Origin: an uncultured bacterium
GTDB lineage: Bacteria > GCA-001730085
Direction: 5' to 3'
Assembly (NCBI GenBank): GCA_964565945.1
Contig: CAZMGY010000021.1
Span: forward strand, 90,001 to 122,000
DNA length: 32,000 nt
Positions within the stretch are counted from its first letter, which is position 1. Each line of letters begins with the position of its first letter. The notes under the pieces are model-generated. The model did not search any database and was not told where the DNA came from. It worked only from the letters and a program-made list of their open reading frames with translations. Below are positions 27,103-32,000 of this stretch, in pieces. Position numbers and translations under genes: made by a program.

Positions 27103-27792
27103 ATGGATATCAAAACACGAGCTTTTTTAAGGTGGTGTATCAGCGAACTGTGCCACAACAGTGTTTTCATTTGCTTTAGTAGCCTCCTTGTTGCTCTCAT
27201 TGTGCTAATCAGCACACGCAATCAGCCTCCCATCTATGCCACCACAACCAAAGTCATTTATGGCAATGGAGGAAATGGTTCACTCGGTAGCAATATAGGT
27301 TTCGTGGCACAAACCTTTGGCATCCCGCTAACTAGACAAACTGGCGCTATTTCAGGCCTTCTGCTCCAAGAAATTCTTAAGAGTGAAACCATGAAAAAAG
27401 ATGTGATTGAAAAATTCAACCTCACCTCTTACTTCAATGTGCCAAACAACTACCTCGCCAGTCTTCGGCTGGAAAAAGTGGTACGGATCATTAACTTTGA
27501 TCTCAAGTCGATCATCTCCATCAGAGTCCAATTCAAAGACCCTAAGCTGGCCGCAGAAGTGGCCAACTTCTATATCGAGAATCTACTCGAAATGAACAAA
27601 AAACTTAAACTCACCACCAATAAGGATATCGTTCAGGTGCTAGACCCCGCCGAAGTTCCTCTATACAAAATAGGCCCTTCTCCCCGCAAGAATACTATTT
27701 CGAGCTTGATTGGAACATTTTTACTCACATCGTTCATCGTCTTAATATCAAGTATTTGGTGCAAAAAGAATAAACTACCTGTGTCCCTATAA
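27103..27792 (+). CDS. Short polysaccharide co-polymerase (Wzz/PCP, CapA-like), chain-length determinant family.
   Basis: 229 aa with TM1 (FICFSSLLVALIVLIS), a periplasmic region with coiled-coil character, a proline-rich motif (PAEVPLYKIGPSPRKN) immediately before TM2 (LIGTFLLTSFIVLISSIW), and AAAGGA upstream. Confidence 0.55.
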   Translation: MDIKTRAFLRWCISELCHNSVFICFSSLLVALIVLISTRNQPPIYATTTKVIYGNGGNGSLGSNIGFVAQTFGIPLTRQTGAISGLLLQEILKSETMKKDVIEKFNLTSYFNVPNNYLASLRLEKVVRIINFDLKSIISIRVQFKDPKLAAEVANFYIENLLEMNKKLKLTTNKDIVQVLDPAEVPLYKIGPSPRKNTISSLIGTFLLTSFIVLISSIWCKKNKLPVSL

Positions 27793-27803
27793 TATTCTCA
27801 ATG

Positions 27804-29135
27804 CTACTCGCGGGGAGAAGCATTCTCAAAGCGCGTAAATTCTTTCATAAAGATGAGATTAACTTTACCCGTTGGACCGTTACGGTTTTTACCAACAATA
27901 ATTTGGGCTTGAGTTTTATTCTCTTCAGTAGGGTTGTAATATTCTTCGCGCATTAACATAAGAACCAAATCGGCATCCTGCTCAATTGCTCCCGACTCCC
28001 TTAAATCCGAAAGCATGGGAGTTTTGTCGGTTCGACTTTCCACTGCACGAGACAACTGAGATAAGGCAATTACAGGAACTTTCAATTCACGCGCAAGTTC
28101 TTTAAGCGAACGTGAAATTTCTGAAATTTCCTGCTGACGATTATCAGTTTTTTTATACGTTTGCATCAATTGCAAATAGTCAATCACAATAAGATCTAAA
28201 TCACCCTTGGCTTTAATTCTCCGTGCTTTGGTTTTCATCTCAAGCACGGTCATCCCTGGGGTATCATCGATATAAATTTTAGCTTGTGAGAGTTTACTGG
28301 CTGCGTTCGTCAGATTCACCCAACCTTTTTCACCCAAAAAACCTTTTTTAAGATCATGGCCACTTACTCGGGCATAAGAGCACAACATTCTCTGCACCAA
28401 ACTTTCTTTGGACATTTCTAAACTGAAAAAGAGTGCACTCCGTTTTTGCGCGAGAGCCGCATGCTCCATAATGGCCAATGAAAAAGCAGTCTTTCCCATC
28501 GATGGACGCGCCGCTAAAATAATCAACTCCGAAGGATTAAGACCTGAACTGAGCACATCCAAATCACGAAATCCTGTCGACAACCCCGCCAGTTTGCCTT
28601 GGTTTTGGTACATGGCTTCAATGGCATCAAATGTCTCCATAATCTGATCTTTAAGCTCTACCACAGCCGATGTTTGTCGCTGCTTAGCAATATCAAATAT
28701 TTGAGCCTCTGCACGATCAAGCAAAGCCGTTACATCATCTGACTCATAGGCCGAAACAATCACAGACGTACATACAGTAATCAATCTGCGCAAAATAGCT
28801 TTTTCTTGAACAATTTTAGAGTGATGCAACACATTAGCAGCCGTCGGTACCGAGTTCACAATGGTTGTTAAATAGGCCATATCACCGACCATTTCAAGAT
28901 GATTTTTTTTGTTAAGAGTCTCTCCTACGGTCACTATATCAATCGGTTCATTTTTTTCAAAAAGATCCGTGACTGCTTCAAAAATCAATCGATGAGCGTT
29001 TTTGTAAAAATCATCCGAACCGAGCGTATCGACAGCTGTATAAATGGCCTCGGCTTCGAGAAGCATAGCTCCTAAAACCGCTTGTTCGGCCTCAAGATTA
29101 TGAGGCGCCATGCGTTGAATGTCGGCAGAAGGCAT
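27804..29135 (-). CDS. dnaB: Replicative DNA helicase.
   Basis: Contains PHNLEAEQAVLGAML, Walker A (AARPSMGKTAF), and IDYLQLM...EISRSLKELARELKVPVIALSQLSR. I prefer the ATG at 29135 (GGAGG 7 nt upstream); the track start at 29156 is a GTG. Confidence 0.92.
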   Translation of the reverse strand: MPSADIQRMAPHNLEAEQAVLGAMLLEAEAIYTAVDTLGSDDFYKNAHRLIFEAVTDLFEKNEPIDIVTVGETLNKKNHLEMVGDMAYLTTIVNSVPTAANVLHHSKIVQEKAILRRLITVCTSVIVSAYESDDVTALLDRAEAQIFDIAKQRQTSAVVELKDQIMETFDAIEAMYQNQGKLAGLSTGFRDLDVLSSGLNPSELIILAARPSMGKTAFSLAIMEHAALAQKRSALFFSLEMSKESLVQRMLCSYARVSGHDLKKGFLGEKGWVNLTNAASKLSQAKIYIDDTPGMTVLEMKTKARRIKAKGDLDLIVIDYLQLMQTYKKTDNRQQEISEISRSLKELARELKVPVIALSQLSRAVESRTDKTPMLSDLRESGAIEQDADLVLMLMREEYYNPTEENKTQAQIIVGKNRNGPTGKVNLIFMKEFTRFENASPRE

Positions 29136-29161
29136 GGTTTGTCCTCCAACCATCACTCGCT

Positions 29162-29611
29162 CTACTTTTCTTCTTTGATCAACTGAACAATAATTGTAGC
29201 GGAGACTTGCGCGTGCAACTTGATCTCAACCGAGTACTTGCCTAACTCATTCAAAGGCGAATCAAGTTTAATTTTGCGCTTATCAACCTCCCCCCCCCCT
29301 TCATTTAACAACTGTGCAATATCAGAACTTGTCACAGAGCCAAACATTTTGTCTTCTTCTCCAACCTGACAAGGAATCGTCAGACTGATTTTGTCCAAAG
29401 ACTCTGCTACCGATTGCAAGGACTCAATCACTTTTTGTTCTTTACGCAGATAAGCTTTTTTTTCATTTTCAATAGCTTTTTGATTTCCAGTAGTAGCAAA
29501 AACAGCTTTCCCCTGAGGCAACAAATAGTTGCGACCATATCCGTTTGCTACGTCGACAACATCACCTATTTGACCCAAAGTACCAATATCTGCTCGTAAA
29601 ATAACTTTCAT
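29162..29611 (-). CDS. rplI: 50S ribosomal protein L9.
   Basis: Starts MKVILRADIGTLGQIGDVVDVANGYGRNYLLPQGKA. Lies in the conserved rpsF-ssb-rpsR-rplI context. Confidence 0.92.
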   Translation of the reverse strand: MKVILRADIGTLGQIGDVVDVANGYGRNYLLPQGKAVFATTGNQKAIENEKKAYLRKEQKVIESLQSVAESLDKISLTIPCQVGEEDKMFGSVTSSDIAQLLNEGGGEVDKRKIKLDSPLNELGKYSVEIKLHAQVSATIIVQLIKEEK

Positions 29612-29650
29612 GTTTTTACCTCTTTAAAAACTTAAAAATCTCTAATTCAT

Positions 29651-29890
29651 TTATTTAACAACAAAAGGCAAAAGTGCAACTTGGCGCGCTCGCTTGATAG
29701 CTTTTGCCAATGAACGCTGATGTTTAGCACAATTGCCCGAAACACGCCGAGGAATTATTTTACCTTTTTCTGTCATAAATTTTTTCAAACGTGTTGGATT
29801 TTTATAATCTATAGCAAGTTCTATAGTAACTTCTTTATCAATGCAAAAAGCACAAACTTTTTTTTTGATAAAACTTTTTCTCTTAGCCAT
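29651..29890 (-). CDS. rpsR: 30S ribosomal protein S18.
   Basis: Contains CAFC...IDYKN...[42 protein letters not shown], with a GGAGGT SD. Confidence 0.92.
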   Translation of the reverse strand: MAKRKSFIKKKVCAFCIDKEVTIELAIDYKNPTRLKKFMTEKGKIIPRRVSGNCAKHQRSLAKAIKRARQVALLPFVVK

Positions 29891-29923
29891 TCACCGACCT
29901 CCACAGTCCTTTTCGCAACGTCC

Positions 29924-30349
29924 TTAAAAGGGAACTTCTTCCTCCTCCATAGGTATCGCCATATCTTCTGATCCACTAGACATTGAACCCGTCTCAGCAG
30001 CCCCTTGACCACCCGCTTTTTGACCAACAAACTGAATGTTGACCGCGATAACTTCAAGAGTATTTCTTTTTTGCCCATCTTCTGTTTCCCACGAACGACT
30101 TTGCAAACGCCCTTCAACAAGAATAGGACTACCTTTAGTTAAATACTCTCCACATATTTCAGCTAATTTTGACCATGCCACCACTCGGACATAACAAACT
30201 TCCTCTTTTTTTTCACCAGACTGACTGGTATAAGAACGATTCACGGCAATCCCTAAATTAGCCACCGCACTCCCACTTGGCACATAACGTAACTCAGGAT
30301 CTCTCGTTAAATTCCCCATCAAAAAAACTTTATTCAAAGTCGCAGCCAT
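29924..30349 (-). CDS. ssb: Single-stranded DNA-binding protein.
   Basis: OB-fold N-terminus NKVFLMGNLTRDPELRY, a Gly-rich tail and an acidic terminus EEEVPF. TAATG junction with rpsF. Confidence 0.92.
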   Translation of the reverse strand: MAATLNKVFLMGNLTRDPELRYVPSGSAVANLGIAVNRSYTSQSGEKKEEVCYVRVVAWSKLAEICGEYLTKGSPILVEGRLQSRSWETEDGQKRNTLEVIAVNIQFVGQKAGGQGAAETGSMSSGSEDMAIPMEEEEVPF

Positions 30350-30699
30350 TACTCGGATCCTTTCTTTTCTTTACCTTTTTCGGATTTTGGCGAACCTATG
30401 TTCGCATTAGAAAAGCTGGCTTCTTGAACAATCAAAGATGTCAATACAAAGTCATTAAGTGTCAAGGAACGCTTCATTTTACGCACTTGCTCTGGCTCCA
30501 TCTCGAATTGATACAGAAGATAGTAGCCTTCTTTGTTTTTGTTAATTTCATAGGATAAACGTTTTTTACCCATTTCGGAATGAGAGGCATTCGTAGCTTC
30601 ATTTTTGGTAAACATTTCATTCACAGAAGATAAAATAGCTCCTTTTTGTTCTCCTCCAAAAGCAGGGCCAACAACAATCATAGCTTCATACTTTCGCAT
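30349..30699 (-). CDS. rpsF: 30S ribosomal protein S6.
   Basis: MRKYEAMIVV start with AGGAG upstream; the track start at 30708 is a GTG. Typical S6 length with a C-terminal extension. Confidence 0.9.
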   Translation of the reverse strand: MRKYEAMIVVGPAFGGEQKGAILSSVNEMFTKNEATNASHSEMGKKRLSYEINKNKEGYYLLYQFEMEPEQVRKMKRSLTLNDFVLTSLIVQEASFSNANIGSPKSEKGKEKKGSE

Positions 30700-30744
30700 G
30701 CGATACACTCCTAATCATTCATACTTTACTCTTGCATATCTCGA

Positions 30745-31335
30745 TCATACATCTCGAGCCCCTTCGCTAGAACGGGAATTATATGTTGCCATCAACATTT
30801 GCCAATCCAGCCTTGTAAAATCTTTTGCCGCACGAGCCGCTTTATCGAGAAGCACCAGCAAGGCAACGCGCTCATCTTTCGAAAACCGTCCTAAAACATG
30901 GTCAACCACATCAGCAGAACCACAACCACGACCAATACCTAATCGCAAACGTGCAAATTCGGTGGTCCCTAGCTCTTGAACAATAGAACGAAGACCTCGA
31001 TGTCCTCCAGTACCTCCATGTGGACGAATCTTCATAAGACCAAATTCCAGATCAACATCATCGCAAATTACTAATAAATTTTCAAGTTCTATTTTTTCAC
31101 GTTTAATAAATATTTTCAAAGGCTGCCCGCTGAGATTCATAAATGCCAGAGGCTTAACAATGTAGAACACCTCTCCACCACATCGCCCTTGAGCCAGAGC
31201 ATAGGTCGACTGGACCCGAAACCGCACATCCATATCTTTAGCCAAAAGATCAGCAACCAACCAGCCAAAATTATGGCGCGTCCATGTGTACTGATCTCCA
31301 TTATTACCTAATGCAATAATGGCCTTAGCTGGCAT
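30745..31335 (-). CDS. pth: Peptidyl-tRNA hydrolase.
   Basis: Contains IIALGNNGDQYTWTRHNFGW and GGHRGLRSI motifs. The ATG at 31335 forms a TGATG junction with rplY; the GTG at 31338 is an alternative start. Confidence 0.9.
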   Translation of the reverse strand: MPAKAIIALGNNGDQYTWTRHNFGWLVADLLAKDMDVRFRVQSTYALAQGRCGGEVFYIVKPLAFMNLSGQPLKIFIKREKIELENLLVICDDVDLEFGLMKIRPHGGTGGHRGLRSIVQELGTTEFARLRLGIGRGCGSADVVDHVLGRFSKDERVALLVLLDKAARAAKDFTRLDWQMLMATYNSRSSEGARDV

Positions 31336-31991
31336 CACTCAGCGCTTTCATCCTCTGCAGCATTCTTTTGCCCTGTTACCTCAGGTTCCGAAGGAGCTTC
31401 TTCACCTTCTTCGGTGTCGAACTCAGTCGCTTTACGTGGAGTCCCAATAGCCAAAATCAACTCTTTAGGAGCTTCGGATACTTCGATATCACCGTCTTGA
31501 GGCAAATCAGACACGTGAAGGAAGTCACCGATGTTCAAATGCGAAATATCGACTTTGTACTCATCAGGAATTTGAGTCGGTAAACAACGAACGTGAATCT
31601 CCCACATATGCTGCTCTAAAACTCCTCCAGCTTGTATCCCAACAGAATCGCCTTTGGTCACCAATGGAACTTGCGAAACAATTTTTTCCTTCATCGAAAC
31701 TTCTTTAAAGTCAATGTTTAGGATTTGCCCATTAAGAGGATGCCGTTGAATTTCACGAACCACCGTGGCACGATTTTTTCCTGAAGCATCAAACTCAATA
31801 TTAAAAACAATACTTCCCAATGTTCGATGATTTTTAAGTATATTTTCAAAATCAATCGTATCAACAGAGATTACTTCGTTGCCTAACTCACCATAAACAA
31901 CAGCGGGAGTTAAACCTTTTTGACGCAACTGCTTGACCTCTCCTTTGCCTCGCTCACTTCGTTGACTCACTTTTAATACAACACGATCCAT
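31335..31991 (-). CDS. rplY: 50S ribosomal protein L25 / general stress protein Ctc.
   Basis: Contains GKGEVKQLRQKGLTPAVVYG, a two-domain Ctc-type length and an acidic C-terminal tail. It lies upstream of pth, as is common. Confidence 0.88.
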   Translation of the reverse strand: MDRVVLKVSQRSERGKGEVKQLRQKGLTPAVVYGELGNEVISVDTIDFENILKNHRTLGSIVFNIEFDASGKNRATVVREIQRHPLNGQILNIDFKEVSMKEKIVSQVPLVTKGDSVGIQAGGVLEQHMWEIHVRCLPTQIPDEYKVDISHLNIGDFLHVSDLPQDGDIEVSEAPKELILAIGTPRKATEFDTEEGEEAPSEPEVTGQKNAAEDESAE

Positions 31992-32000
31992 TTCCAGGGT

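Noticed and set aside
1-32000. Search for CRISPR arrays, rRNA and tRNA genes, integrases and known defence-system hallmarks (nuclease/helicase/ATPase orphan clusters).
   Set aside because: None was seen. Every long ORF is accounted for by envelope-biogenesis or housekeeping functions, and no spaced direct-repeat arrays were noticed.

Overview
This is a gene-dense chromosomal window from a diderm (Gram-negative-type) bacterium that looks moderately AT-rich by eye. Almost all of it concerns outer-membrane and LPS biogenesis. I found no rRNA, tRNA, CRISPR array, transposase or recognisable defence system. Five blocks can be distinguished. (1) 1-6588, minus strand: an LPS inner-core operon. It runs waaA, two small unassigned ORFs, waaF, a KdtX/WaaE-like GT2, an unusual 838-aa GT2 fused to two tandem Kdo/WaaP-type kinase domains, and a further GT2 cut by the window edge. 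(2) 6704-8065, minus strand: a monocistronic beta-barrel porin with a clear intrinsic terminator. It is divergent from a translationally coupled GT2 plus polytopic (GT-C-like) membrane protein pair at 8391-10375, plus strand. (3) 10365-22449, minus strand: a roughly 12-kb run of ten same-strand genes. It contains a secreted BNR/Asp-box protein with a TolC-like C-terminus, bamA, skp, lpxD, an lpxC-fabZ fusion, lpxA, lpxI, lpxB, msbA and a DUF374 gene. Many junctions overlap by 1-4 nt. (4) 22578-27792, plus strand: a Wzy_C-family O-antigen ligase/polymerase-like protein, a 978-aa Wza/OPX exporter with about six SLBB domains and a novel-looking N-terminal 27-28-aa '[CS]PYTGxxF' repeat array, and a short Wzz/PCP protein with no adjacent kinase. 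(5) 27804-31991, minus strand: the housekeeping cluster rplY-pth-rpsF-ssb-rpsR-rplI-dnaB. The candidates most worth follow-up are the GT2-kinase-kinase fusion, the BNR/half-TolC protein heading the bamA operon, the PYTG-repeat module on the exporter, DUF374 in the position usually held by lpxK, and the waaA-waaF spacer. All functional calls rest on motif recognition by eye in the supplied translations; no database search was run.
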